This document shows, piece after piece, positions 9,685-19,380 of a DNA stretch of 64,000 nt (within the stretch, counting starts at the first letter, position 1; every line of letters starts with the position of its first letter). A program made the translations under genes and the position numbers. Source of the stretch: Thermoplasmata archaeon (GTDB taxonomy: Archaea; Thermoplasmatota; E2; JACPAO01; JAHFTW01); assembly GCA_034667725.1 (NCBI GenBank), contig JAXDQS010000010.1, positions 192,001 through 256,000 on the forward strand, given 5' to 3'. The notes beneath the pieces were generated by a model. That model had not been told where the DNA came from. It did no database searches and saw only the letters and a list, made by a program, of their open reading frames with translations.

Positions 9685-10893
9685 GTGCAGGCGTTCGACG
9701 TGGTGGTGGTGGGGGCCGGGCCGACCGGCTCGAACACCGCCCGCCTGCTGCGCCAGCGCGGCTGGAGCGTCCTCCTGCTCGAAGAGCATCCCACCGTCGG
9801 CATCCCGGTCCAATGCGCGGGGCTGGTGACGCCGCGCCTGTTCGACCACACGCCGTTCCCGATCGGCGACTTGTGGCAGAACGACCTGCGGGGCGGCCGC
9901 GTCGTGGCGCCCGACGGCACGGCGGTCGAGTTCGAGGCCGCCGAGGTCCATGCGCAGGCGATGGACCGGGCCCGCTTCGACCAGCGCATGGCGGAGGCCG
10001 CGGTCGCCGCCGGCGTCGAGCTGCGGGTCGCGACCAAGGCGACCGGCGCGGCGCGCGACCCGGGCGGCGTCACGGTGACGGTGCAGGGCCCCGGCGGCGT
10101 GCAGCAGGTCCGCTGCCGCCTGCTGGTGGGCGCCGACGGCCTGCGGGGCGGGGTGGCCCGCTGGTTCGGCTTCCCGCCGGTCGAGGAGATCGTGTCGTGC
10201 TACGAGGCCGAGCTGTCGGGCTGCACGCTCGACCCGCGTCCGCACATGATCCCGATGTTCGCCGGCAGCGCCCAGGCGCCCGGCTTCTTCTCCTGGATCA
10301 TCCCGGTCGGCGGCGACCGTGCCCGCGCTGGCCTCGCGGTGGCGCCCGGCATGAACCTGGAGTCCGCCAAGCGCTACTACGAGCGGATGTTCGAGGACCC
10401 GCACTCGGCGCCCTACCTCGCGGGGGCAAAGGAGGGTTATCTCATCATCGGCGGCATCCCGCTCGGCCTGCGGGCCCAAGTGGTCCAGGACCGCGTGGCG
10501 CTGGTGGGCGACGCGGCCGGCATGGCCAAGCCGACGTCGGGCGGCGGCATCTACTACGGCGTGCTGGCAAGCGAGATGCTGTGCGACGTGGCCGACAAGG
10601 GCCTGCGCACTGACCGCCTCAGCCGCGGCGACCTCTTGCCCTACGAGCGGCGCGTGCTGCGGGTGCTGGGCCGCGAGCTGCGGAAGGGCAAGGCCATCCG
10701 GCACCTCTACAAGCGGTTCGGGGACGCGGACTTCAACCGCCTTGCCCGCCTGCTGTCGAAGCCTCGCCCCAAGGCGGTCATCGAGCGGGTCGGCGACATC
10801 GACTTCCCCAGCCGCCTCGTCCTGCCGTTGCTGTGGGCCCAGCCCCGGTTGGTGCCGTTCTTCCTGCGCGTGATGCTGAGGCCCGCCCCATGA
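9685..10893 (+). CDS. Geranylgeranyl reductase family (DGGGPL reductase-like)
   Basis: VVGAGPTG, PVQCAG, DR..FD, GADG, F.WIIP and GDAAG..KPTSGGGI motifs. Confidence 0.9.
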   Translation: MQAFDVVVVGAGPTGSNTARLLRQRGWSVLLLEEHPTVGIPVQCAGLVTPRLFDHTPFPIGDLWQNDLRGGRVVAPDGTAVEFEAAEVHAQAMDRARFDQRMAEAAVAAGVELRVATKATGAARDPGGVTVTVQGPGGVQQVRCRLLVGADGLRGGVARWFGFPPVEEIVSCYEAELSGCTLDPRPHMIPMFAGSAQAPGFFSWIIPVGGDRARAGLAVAPGMNLESAKRYYERMFEDPHSAPYLAGAKEGYLIIGGIPLGLRAQVVQDRVALVGDAAGMAKPTSGGGIYYGVLASEMLCDVADKGLRTDRLSRGDLLPYERRVLRVLGRELRKGKAIRHLYKRFGDADFNRLARLLSKPRPKAVIERVGDIDFPSRLVLPLLWAQPRLVPFFLRVMLRPAP

Positions 10894-11468
10894 GGCAGCA
10901 CCGCGGCTCCCGCCTTCCCGGCGCCATCGACGTCGTCGTCTACTACACCGCCCAGGACGACCCGCGCAAGAACACGGCGCTCCGGATGCAGAAGCACGGC
11001 AAGGCCCGCGTCGTCGACAAGCTGGAGCGCACGCCCAAGCACTCCGTCCTCTTGAACCCGTTCGCCAAGAAGGCCCTGAGCCGCGAAGACCTGGAGGACA
11101 TGCGCAAGCACGGCCTGCTCGCCCTCGACTGCTCGTGGCACCACGCCGAGGAGGCCTTCCCCGTCCTCTTGGGGCAGACCCGCAGCCGCGCCCTGCCGTT
11201 CCTGGTGGCCGCCAACCCGATCAACTACGGCAAGCCGTTCGTCCTGAGCACCGTCGAGGCGGTCGGCGCGGCGCTCTACATCGTCGGCGAGGCCCGCAAG
11301 GCGCGCGACGTGCTGTCCTGCGTCCCGTTCGGCGAGCGCTTCCTGGAGCTGAACAAGAACCCGCTGGAGGACTACGCCAAGTGCGACACCTCGGCGCAGG
11401 TCGTGGCGGCGCAGGCGCTGTACCTGGACGAGGATGCGTCCTTCGTGCCCGGCGACGCCGAGGAGTAG
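10890..11468 (+). CDS. tsr3: SSU rRNA aminocarboxypropyltransferase Tsr3 (DUF367)
   Basis: QDDPRKNT, LDCSW, RALPFLVAANPINYGKP..LST.EA and FLELN motifs. Confidence 0.93.
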   Translation: MRQHRGSRLPGAIDVVVYYTAQDDPRKNTALRMQKHGKARVVDKLERTPKHSVLLNPFAKKALSREDLEDMRKHGLLALDCSWHHAEEAFPVLLGQTRSRALPFLVAANPINYGKPFVLSTVEAVGAALYIVGEARKARDVLSCVPFGERFLELNKNPLEDYAKCDTSAQVVAAQALYLDEDASFVPGDAEE

Positions 11469-11499
11469 CTTCATGCCCTGCCGCTAGGTCGCGCCCCTG

Positions 11500-12657
11500 T
11501 TGGCGGCGTTCACCTTCGACGGCCGGACGGTCCCGTTCGAGCCCGGCGACACCCTCGGCTCGGCGCTGCACCGCGCCGGCGTCAAGGTCATCTCGCGCAG
11601 CCTGCGCTACCACCGCCCGCGCGGCCTCTACTGCAACGCCGGCTCGTGCGCCTCCTGCTTCGTCGGCGTCGACGGCGTCCCCAACGTGCCCGCCTGCATG
11701 GCCCTCGCCCACGACGGCCTCAAGGTCGAGTCGCAGAACACCCTCGGCTCGGCCAAGCACGACCTGTTCGGCATCGTGGACAAGGTGTACCGCAAGGGGT
11801 TCGAGCCGCACCACGCCTTCACCAAGCCGCGCCTCCTCAACGAGGCGTTCCTCAAGGGCGTCCGCTTCATGAGCGGCCTCGGCAGCGTCCCGGCCCCGGA
11901 CGCCGAATTGCCCGCCCCGCGTCGTCACACCCTTGAGGTGCAGGAGCTCGTCGTCGGCGCCGGCCACAAGGGACTGGCCCGCGCCCACGCCGCGGCGGCG
12001 GCCGGCATCGACGTGCTGCTCATCGACGAGGCGCACCACCTCGGCGGCACCGCCGTCTATGATCCCATGGAGGACGACACGCGCAGGCTGGCCCGCAGCG
12101 CGTCCAAGGCCTGGACCGGCGCCCTCGCCTTCGGCCTCTACCGCGAGCACGGCCGCCTGGTCGCCGGCATCCGGCGCCTGCGGGACGACGGCGGCGAGGA
12201 CCTATGGGAGGTCACGGCCGCCCGCGTGACCCTCGCCACCGGCAGCCACGACGCCTGGCCGCTGTTCGTCAACAACGACCTGCCCGGCATCCTCAGCCTG
12301 CGCGGTGCCCAGCGCCTCTGGGGCGAGCACCAGGTGCTGCCCGGCAAGGCCATCGTCGTCCACGGCCCCGCGATGCCGGCCGCGCTGCAAGCCCAGCTGG
12401 AGGCGGCCGGCGCGCGCGTGCTTGCGACCGGCACCGTCCGCGCGGCCAAGGGCGGCACCGTGGTCGAGGCGGCCGAGGTCGACGGCACCTGGATCCCGTG
12501 CGACACCATCCTGTGCAACCTGCCCGGCACGCCGCGCGTCGAGCTGCACCAGCAGGCCGGCTGCGACCTCGCGTTCCAGGGCGGCGTGCTGGCGCCCGTC
12601 GCCGACGCGGCCGGCGCGACCAGCGTGCCCGGCGTCTTCGTGGGGGTGCCTGGATGA
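11500..12657 (+). CDS. Sarcosine oxidase / dye-linked proline dehydrogenase alpha-like subunit with 2Fe-2S domain
   Basis: SRS.RYHRPRG.YC..G.C..C.V.VDG.PNV.AC, VVGAG..G, LATG and NNDLPG motifs. Confidence 0.85.
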   Translation: MAAFTFDGRTVPFEPGDTLGSALHRAGVKVISRSLRYHRPRGLYCNAGSCASCFVGVDGVPNVPACMALAHDGLKVESQNTLGSAKHDLFGIVDKVYRKGFEPHHAFTKPRLLNEAFLKGVRFMSGLGSVPAPDAELPAPRRHTLEVQELVVGAGHKGLARAHAAAAAGIDVLLIDEAHHLGGTAVYDPMEDDTRRLARSASKAWTGALAFGLYREHGRLVAGIRRLRDDGGEDLWEVTAARVTLATGSHDAWPLFVNNDLPGILSLRGAQRLWGEHQVLPGKAIVVHGPAMPAALQAQLEAAGARVLATGTVRAAKGGTVVEAAEVDGTWIPCDTILCNLPGTPRVELHQQAGCDLAFQGGVLAPVADAAGATSVPGVFVGVPG

Positions 12658-12938
12658 CGACGCCCAAGACGATGGCGTGCCGCTGCGAGGACATCACGGT
12701 CGAGGACTGCACCGAGGCGATCGCGCACGGCTACGCCTGCTTCGAGGACCTCAAGCGCTTCCTCGGCGTCGGCACCGGCCCCTGCCAGGGCAAATCGTGC
12801 GTCCAGGCCTGCATGAGGCTGGTCGCCGACGCGCGCGGCATCCCGATCGACGACGTCGACGTGATGACCTTCCGCCCGCCCGTGCGACCGGTGGCGTTCG
12901 CGACCCTCGCAGCCCCCGACGCGGAGGACGCGCCGTGA
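12654..12938 (+). CDS. BFD-like [2Fe-2S] subunit
   Basis: CRCEDIT...LKR..G.GTGPCQGK.C...RPPVRPV. Confidence 0.9.
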   Translation: MTTPKTMACRCEDITVEDCTEAIAHGYACFEDLKRFLGVGTGPCQGKSCVQACMRLVADARGIPIDDVDVMTFRPPVRPVAFATLAAPDAEDAP

Positions 12939-14107
12939 TCCCCCCGCTTGCCGCCGGCCCGCGCAAGTCGCGCTACCATGTCGTCGTCATCGGCGGCGGC
13001 GCCATCGGCCTCGCCACCGCCTACCATCTCGCCAAGCTCGGCGTCACCGACGTCCTGGTGCTCGACAAGGACTCCCTCGTCAAGGGCGCCACCGGCCGCA
13101 ACGGCGGCGGCGTGCGGGCCCAATGGACCTCGAAGGAGAACATCCAGCTCGCGCAACGGAGCATCCAGCAGTTCAAGCGGTTCGCCACCGACACCGGCCA
13201 CAACTCGTTCTTCCGCCAAGGCGGCTACCTGTTCCTCACCCGCAGCGACGCGCAGCTGGCGGCCCTCGCCCGCGCCGCCGCCTTCCAGAACGACCACGGC
13301 GTCCGCACCCGTGTGATCAGCCTCGACCATGCGCGGGACATCGTGCCCGGCCTCGACACCGACGGCTGCGTCGGCGCCACCTACAACCCGGACGACGCCG
13401 TGCTGTTCCCGTGGCCCGTGGTGTGGGGCTACAAGGAGGCCGCCGAGAAGCGCGGCGCCGAGGTCGTGACCTTCACCAGCGTCACGGGCCTGCGGGTCGC
13501 GGGTGGCAAGGTCACCCACGTCGAGACGAACCGCGGCGCCATCGCGTGCGACTGGGTCGTCAACGCCGCCGGCGCGTGGAGCCGCGAACTGGCCCGCCTC
13601 GTCGGCGTGGACCTGCCCGTCAAGCCCGAACGGCACGAGATCCTGGTGAGCGAGCCCCTCAAGCCGTTTTTGGACCCGATGCTGGTGGACCTCTCGACCG
13701 GCTACTACCTCAACCAGGACATGCGCGGCGAACTGGTCGGCGGCCTCGGCACCCACACCGAGGAGTCGATGGACTGGTCGAGCAGCCTGGAGTTCCTGCG
13801 CGCCTTCAGCAAAGAGACGATGCGCCTGCTGCCCCGCCTCGGCCCCGTGCGCGTCCTTCGCCAATGGGCCGGCTCCTACGACAAGACCCCCGACGCCAAG
13901 CCCATCCTCGGTGTCGCGGAGAACGGCCCCTCCAACCTCGTGCAGGCCAACGGCTTCAGCGGCCACGGCCTCATGATCTCCCCCATGGTCGGCCAACTGA
14001 TGGCGGAGCTGGTCGCCGGCCGCAAGCCCACGCTCGACCTCCGGCCCTACGCCTTGGAACGGTTCGAGCGCGGCGAGGCCGAGCCCGACGCCATGGTCAT
14101 CGGGTGA
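12935..14107 (+). CDS. FAD-dependent oxidoreductase (sarcosine oxidase / proline dehydrogenase beta)
   Basis: IGGGAIG, GATGRNGG, WAG.YD.TPD..PILG and GFSGHG.M.SP motifs. Confidence 0.92.
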   Translation: MIPPLAAGPRKSRYHVVVIGGGAIGLATAYHLAKLGVTDVLVLDKDSLVKGATGRNGGGVRAQWTSKENIQLAQRSIQQFKRFATDTGHNSFFRQGGYLFLTRSDAQLAALARAAAFQNDHGVRTRVISLDHARDIVPGLDTDGCVGATYNPDDAVLFPWPVVWGYKEAAEKRGAEVVTFTSVTGLRVAGGKVTHVETNRGAIACDWVVNAAGAWSRELARLVGVDLPVKPERHEILVSEPLKPFLDPMLVDLSTGYYLNQDMRGELVGGLGTHTEESMDWSSSLEFLRAFSKETMRLLPRLGPVRVLRQWAGSYDKTPDAKPILGVAENGPSNLVQANGFSGHGLMISPMVGQLMAELVAGRKPTLDLRPYALERFERGEAEPDAMVIG

Positions 14108-14140
14108 ACGCCTATCAACACGGGCCCGCTTGCGTGGCCG

Positions 14141-14896
14141 ATGCCCAAGGAATCCCCCGTCGAGACCTTCGTCAAGGCGAACGTCAAGGGGTCCCTCGTG
14201 CTGGTCGCCTTCCCGTCCACGGGCTCCGCCGCCAGCATCGCCGCGCAGTACATGATCCGCCACCTCGACCTCCCGCTCGTGGGCCACATCCGCCTGCCTG
14301 AGCTGTCGGGCCTCGCGGGCATCCAGGACGGCCTCGTCACGACCGCGGTGCGCATCTACGGCGGCGAGGTCGAGTGCAAGGTCGGCCGCGACTGCCCCCG
14401 CGTCTTCATCGTCACCACCGAGATGCCGCTGCCGCCGCCGCTCTTGTCCCGCCTTGCCGAGGCCATCATCTACTGGACCTCCGCCAACGAGGCCCAGCTT
14501 CTCCTGGTGCTCGAGGGCGTGGGGCGCGAGGAGGGCGACGACCAGCCCGACGTCTTCAGCGCCTCCGCCGACGCCAAGGTCCTCAAGGTGCTCCAGCAGG
14601 CCGGCATCCCCGCGATGGAGCGCGCCCTCGTGGCCGGCATCTCGGCGCAGATCCTGCTGGACGCCCCCTTGCGCGGCGTCGAGGCGGGCGGCCTGTTCGT
14701 CGAGGCCAGCCGCGACCACCCGGACGGCCGCGCCGCGGCGGCGCTCCTGGAGGCCGTCGCGCGCCTGGTGCCCGACGTGCCCGTCAACGCCAAGCCGCTC
14801 ATGAAGGAAGCCATGGAGCTGGAGCGCGAGATCAAGGCGGCGCAGGCGCGGGCCGAGGCGGCCAACACCATCCCGCAGGCGCAGACGTTCATCTAA
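14141..14896 (+). CDS. PAC2 family proteasome assembly chaperone
   Basis: FPS.G...SIAA.Y, PDGRAAA.L and L.KEA.E.E..I motifs. Confidence 0.85.
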   Translation: MPKESPVETFVKANVKGSLVLVAFPSTGSAASIAAQYMIRHLDLPLVGHIRLPELSGLAGIQDGLVTTAVRIYGGEVECKVGRDCPRVFIVTTEMPLPPPLLSRLAEAIIYWTSANEAQLLLVLEGVGREEGDDQPDVFSASADAKVLKVLQQAGIPAMERALVAGISAQILLDAPLRGVEAGGLFVEASRDHPDGRAAAALLEAVARLVPDVPVNAKPLMKEAMELEREIKAAQARAEAANTIPQAQTFI

Positions 14897-14914
14897 AACG
14901 CCCCGCCGCGCGTC

Positions 14915-14986
14915 CTTCCCGACTGGACACAGATTCCACAGAACAATCTTGGATGGTTCTCTGTGGAATCTGTGTCTAGTGGGAGG
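14915..14986. repeat. Long palindrome between convergent genes (REP-like / bidirectional terminator)
   Basis: ACTGGACACAGATTCCACAG (14922-14941) pairs with CTGTGGAATCTGTGTCTAGT (14961-14980), 20 bp with one G-T. Outer arms CTTCCC/GGGAGG. Confidence 0.85.
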
Positions 14987-14990
14987 GGAG

Positions 14991-15803
14991 CTAGCGCTGG
15001 CACTTCTTGCACCAGAACGTGCTGCGCCCCGACTGGGTCGTGCGCACCACGGCCGCGCCGCACCGCGGGCACGGCTTGCCCTCGCGGTCGTACACCGCCA
15101 GCTGCGCCACGAACTTGCCCGGCTGCCCGATGTGGTCCACGTAGTCGTTGAAGCTGGTGCCGCCCTTCGCGATCGAGTCCCGCAGCGTGTCGCGGAGGTG
15201 CCGCCAAAGCTCGGGCACCTTGGCGGCGGGGACCGTGCGGGCCTTGCGCACGGGCGACAGCTTGGCACGCCACAGCGCCTCGCAGGCGTAGATGTTGCCG
15301 ACCCCGGCGACCTTGCGCTGGTCGAGGAGGAACAGCTTGAGCGGGCTGCCCGAGCCCTTGAGCGCGGCGGCGAGGTGGGCCTTCGAGAAGGCGGGCGCCA
15401 GCGCGTCGGGGCCATAATGCGCAAGCTCCGGGACCACGGCGTCCTTGGGGTAGAGCTTGAGGGTGCCGAAGCGGCGGGGGTCGGAGAACCGCAGCTCGGT
15501 GTCGTCGTCGAGGTGCAGCACGAGATGGGTGTGCGGCCGCTCCGCCTCGCCTGGCTCCGCGAACAGCAGCTTGCCCGTCATCCCGAGGTGCGCCAGCAGC
15601 AAGGCGCCGTCCAGGTCCACCAGGAGGTACTTGCCATGCCGCCGCACCGCCGTCACGGTCTGGCCTTCGAGCCCTTCGAGCGGAAGGCCGCCCGTGCCCC
15701 GCAGGCGCTTGGCGGGGCGGAAGTCCACGCCGTCGACGCGGCGGCCCACGAGGCGCGACGCCAGGCCGCGGCGGACCGTCTCGACCTCGGGCAGCTCAGG
15801 CAC
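14991..15803 (-). CDS. mutM: Formamidopyrimidine-DNA glycosylase (Fpg/MutM)
   Basis: PELPEVE N-terminus, RHGKY, HLGMTG, DPRRFG, GVGNIY.CE.L and zinc finger CPRC...C..CQ. Confidence 0.96.
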   Translation of the reverse strand: MPELPEVETVRRGLASRLVGRRVDGVDFRPAKRLRGTGGLPLEGLEGQTVTAVRRHGKYLLVDLDGALLLAHLGMTGKLLFAEPGEAERPHTHLVLHLDDDTELRFSDPRRFGTLKLYPKDAVVPELAHYGPDALAPAFSKAHLAAALKGSGSPLKLFLLDQRKVAGVGNIYACEALWRAKLSPVRKARTVPAAKVPELWRHLRDTLRDSIAKGGTSFNDYVDHIGQPGKFVAQLAVYDREGKPCPRCGAAVVRTTQSGRSTFWCKKCQR

Positions 15804-15888
15804 GCGGCAGGGCGCGGCGCAGGGGGTTGAAAGCGTTGCGGCCGGCGGGCGGCCAAGCCTTAACGGCGCGGCCCGAGTCGGCCCTTCG

Positions 15889-18800
15889 ATGGGAGCCGAG
15901 GCGCAGCAGCAGGTCGTGGCTGCGCCCACCGCCCCGACGGGCCCGGCGCGCAGCCCCGCGATGCAGGCGTACTTCGAGACGCTGCACGGCGAGGCGATGC
16001 GGTGCTACGCCATCGCGAAGCAGGCGCGCCGCAAGGGCAAGGACCCGACGACGGAGGTCGAGATCCCGCCCGCCGAGGACCTGGCCGCCCGCGTCGAGGC
16101 GCAGGTCGGCCCGCCCGGCGTTGCCCAGCAGGTGCGCGACGCGACGGCGCGGCTCGGCAACCGCGAGGTGGTGTCGCTGTTCGTGGCGCAGGACGTCGCG
16201 GAGCAGATGTCGCAGCGCGGCGCCAGCAAGGTGCAGGCGCTCGACCAGGCGGTGCGCACGGGCCTGTCGATCCTGACCGAGGGCGTGCTGGTGGCGCCGC
16301 TCGAAGGCATCGCCGACGTCAAGATTGGCGCCAACACGGACGGCACCGACTACGTGGACCTCTACTTCGCCGGCCCGATCCGCGCGGCCGGCGGCACGGC
16401 GCAGGCGATGTCGGTGCTGATCGCGGACCTGGTGCGGCGGCGGCTGGGCATTGGCACCTACAAGGCGACCGACGACGAGGTCGAGCGCTACAAGGAGGAG
16501 ATCGCGGCGTACAAGGTCGAGGCGCACCTGCAGTACAACCCGACGCCTGCCGAAATCGAGCTGATCGCGCGCTCCTGCCCCGTCTGCATCAACGGCGAAG
16601 GTACGGAGCGCTCCGAGGTGTCCGGCAACCGCGACCTGCCCCGCGTCGAGACCAACCAGCTGCGCGGCGGCGCCTGCCTCGTGATGGCGGAGGGCATGAT
16701 CCTCAAGGCGCCCAAGATCCTCAAGCACGTCGAGAAGCTCAAGGTCGAGAACTGGGACTTCCTCCAGAAGCTCATCAAGAAGGAGAAGGCCGCCGAGCTC
16801 GCCGCCGACGGCATCCCGGAGATTCCCGCCAACGCGAAGTTCATGCTGGAGATCCTCGCCGGCCGCCCCGTGTTCGCGCAGCCGGGGCGCGTCGGCGGCT
16901 TCCGGCTCCGCTACGGCCGCGCCCGCACCGCCGGCCTCGCCTCCAACGCCTTCCACCCGGCCACGATGGCGGTGCTGGACGACTTCCTCGCCGTCGGCAC
17001 GCAGCTCAAGGTCGAGCGGCCCGGCAAGGGCACGGTCGCGACCCCGTGCGACACCATCGAAGGCCCCACCGTCCTGCTGCAGAACGGCAACCTGCTGCGG
17101 CTGTCGACGATGGCGCAGGTCAAGGAGGTCCGCGCCGCCATCAAGGAGATCGTGGACGTCGGCGAGATCCTGATCCCGTTCGGCGAGTTCGCGGAGAACA
17201 ACGCCGTGCTCCCCCCAAGCTCCTGGTGCTGGGAATGGTGGGTCCAGGTCCACCAGAACATGACCGGCATGGCGGCCGACGTCCACCCCGCCGGCACCCT
17301 CACCGGCGCGCAGATGGTCCGCCTCGCCGAGGACACCCAGGTCCCGCTCCACCCCGACGGCACCCTCCTCTGGCACGACGCCACCGCCGTCCAGATGCGC
17401 GAGCTGGGCGACTGGCTGCTGCGCCACGCCTTCTGGGGCACCCCGCCCGACGACGCCGCCGGCACCCTTGCCAACCCCGCCGCCTCCGAGGCCGAGGCGC
17501 TGTGGATCGAGAACCAGCCCGAGGCCAAGGCCACCCTCGTCACCCTGCTCGCGCTGCACACCGCCCACGGCCGCTGGCTGCGCGTCGAGGAGCGCCTCGC
17601 CCACCCGCTCGTGCGCGGCGTCGGCCTCGACCTTGCCGACGGAAAGGTCCGCGACACGCCGCGCCGCAAGCTGCTGCACGACCCGTGCCAGCCCGACCTC
17701 ACGGGCCGCTTCCCCACGGTCGAGCTGGCCAGCCGCCTCAGCGGCTACACCGTCATGCCGCGGGCGCCCTTCCGGGTCGGCGGCCGCATGGGCCGCCCCG
17801 AGAAGGCCGACGCGCGCCGGATGAGCCCGCCACCGCACGGCCTGTTTCCCATCGGCCAGGCCGGCGGCGCCCAGCGGCTGCTGCGCGACGCCGCCGACCA
17901 AGGCGTGGTGGAGGTCGAGCTGGGCAGCCGCAAGTGCGCCTCGTGCGGCCGCAGCGAGTGGCGGACGTTCTGCGGCGGCTGCGGCGGCCACACCACGTTC
18001 CACGAGCGCAAGCAGAAGGAAGGATCCTTCACCCAGCGCGAGATGACCTCGCTCGACCTGCGCGCCGAGCTGGAGCGGGCACGGCAGTCGCTGGGCCTGG
18101 ACCGCCTGCCCGAGAAGGTCAAGGCCGTGCTCGGCGTCGTCAACGCGGAGAAGGTCCCCGAGCCGCTGGAGAAGGCGCTCTTGCGGGCCAAGCACGACGT
18201 GTTCGTGTTCAAGGACGGCACCACCCGCTTCGACATGACCGACGTGCCGCTCACGCATTTCCGGCCGCGCGAGGTCGGAACGCCGGTGGCCCGGCTGCTG
18301 GAGATGGGCTACACCCACGACCTGCACGGGGCGCCGCTGGAACGGGACGACCAACTGTTGGAGCTGCGGGTGCAGGACATCGTGGTGTCCGAGTCGTGCG
18401 GCGACTACCTCTTGGCGACGGCCAGGTTCATGGACGAGCTCTTGACGCGGTTCTACGGCCTCAAGCCGTACTACAACGCCAGCCACCGCCGCGACATGGT
18501 CGGCCACCTCACCATCGCGCTGGCGCCGCACACCTCCGGCGGCGTGCTGTCCCGCATCATCGGCTACACCCGCTCGCAATGCCACTTCGGGCACCCGTAC
18601 TTCCACGCGGCCAAGCGGCGAAACTGCGACGGCGACGAGGACGGCGTCATGCTCCTGCTGGACGGCCTCGTCAACTTCAGCCGCAAGTACGTCCCCGACA
18701 AGCGCGGCGGCCTCATGGATCTCCCCCTCGTCCTGTCGACCCGGCTGGACCCGAACGAGGTGGACAAGGAGGCGCACAACGTGGACACCCTGTTCCGCTA

Positions 18801-19380
18801 TCCCCTGGAGTTCTACCAGGCCACCCAGCGCCACGCCGCCGCCAAAGAGGTCGCCAGGAAGATGGGCCTCGTCGAAACGCGCATCGGCAAGCCCGAGCAG
18901 TACGAGCACTGGGGCTTCACCCACGACACCCGCGACATCTCCGAAGGGCCCGCCGCGTCCGCCTACAAGACCTTGGGCTCGATGATGGACAAGATGACGG
19001 CCCAGATGGAGCTCGCCCGCAAGATCCGCGCCGTCGACGAGGCCGAGGTCGGCGCCCGCGTCATCGGCACCCACCTCCTGCCCGACCTGATGGGGAACCT
19101 CAAGGCGTTCAGCCGCCAGAAAATCCGCTGCCCCAAGTGCAACGAGAAGTACCGCCGGATGCCCCTCAAGGGCACCTGCCTCGGCTGCGGCAACGCCAAC
19201 CTGACGCTCACCGTCCACGAAGGGTCGGTGCGCAAGTACCTGCAGATCTCGAAGGAGGTCGCGGTGCGCTACAAGATCGACGCCTACACCCACCAGCGCA
19301 TCCTCCTGCTGGAGCAAAGCGTGGAGTCGCTGTTCCAGAATGACAAGGTCAAGAAGGCCAAGTTGAGCGACTTTTTCTGA
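15889..19380 (+). CDS. polC: DNA polymerase D large subunit DP2 (no intein)
   Basis: AGPIRAAGGTAQA, GGFRLRYGR, GTQLK.ERPGK, catalytic HAAKRRNCDGDED, zinc fingers and C-terminal PIP-like KKAKLSDFF. Confidence 0.98.
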   Translation: MGAEAQQQVVAAPTAPTGPARSPAMQAYFETLHGEAMRCYAIAKQARRKGKDPTTEVEIPPAEDLAARVEAQVGPPGVAQQVRDATARLGNREVVSLFVAQDVAEQMSQRGASKVQALDQAVRTGLSILTEGVLVAPLEGIADVKIGANTDGTDYVDLYFAGPIRAAGGTAQAMSVLIADLVRRRLGIGTYKATDDEVERYKEEIAAYKVEAHLQYNPTPAEIELIARSCPVCINGEGTERSEVSGNRDLPRVETNQLRGGACLVMAEGMILKAPKILKHVEKLKVENWDFLQKLIKKEKAAELAADGIPEIPANAKFMLEILAGRPVFAQPGRVGGFRLRYGRARTAGLASNAFHPATMAVLDDFLAVGTQLKVERPGKGTVATPCDTIEGPTVLLQNGNLLRLSTMAQVKEVRAAIKEIVDVGEILIPFGEFAENNAVLPPSSWCWEWWVQVHQNMTGMAADVHPAGTLTGAQMVRLAEDTQVPLHPDGTLLWHDATAVQMRELGDWLLRHAFWGTPPDDAAGTLANPAASEAEALWIENQPEAKATLVTLLALHTAHGRWLRVEERLAHPLVRGVGLDLADGKVRDTPRRKLLHDPCQPDLTGRFPTVELASRLSGYTVMPRAPFRVGGRMGRPEKADARRMSPPPHGLFPIGQAGGAQRLLRDAADQGVVEVELGSRKCASCGRSEWRTFCGGCGGHTTFHERKQKEGSFTQREMTSLDLRAELERARQSLGLDRLPEKVKAVLGVVNAEKVPEPLEKALLRAKHDVFVFKDGTTRFDMTDVPLTHFRPREVGTPVARLLEMGYTHDLHGAPLERDDQLLELRVQDIVVSESCGDYLLATARFMDELLTRFYGLKPYYNASHRRDMVGHLTIALAPHTSGGVLSRIIGYTRSQCHFGHPYFHAAKRRNCDGDEDGVMLLLDGLVNFSRKYVPDKRGGLMDLPLVLSTRLDPNEVDKEAHNVDTLFRYPLEFYQATQRHAAAKEVARKMGLVETRIGKPEQYEHWGFTHDTRDISEGPAASAYKTLGSMMDKMTAQMELARKIRAVDEAEVGARVIGTHLLPDLMGNLKAFSRQKIRCPKCNEKYRRMPLKGTCLGCGNANLTLTVHEGSVRKYLQISKEVAVRYKIDAYTHQRILLLEQSVESLFQNDKVKKAKLSDFF

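Noticed and set aside
18600-18660. Intein in DP2 at the usual RRN/CDGDED site
   Set aside because: The motif HAAKRRNCDGDED is uninterrupted and the protein length (1163 aa) is normal.
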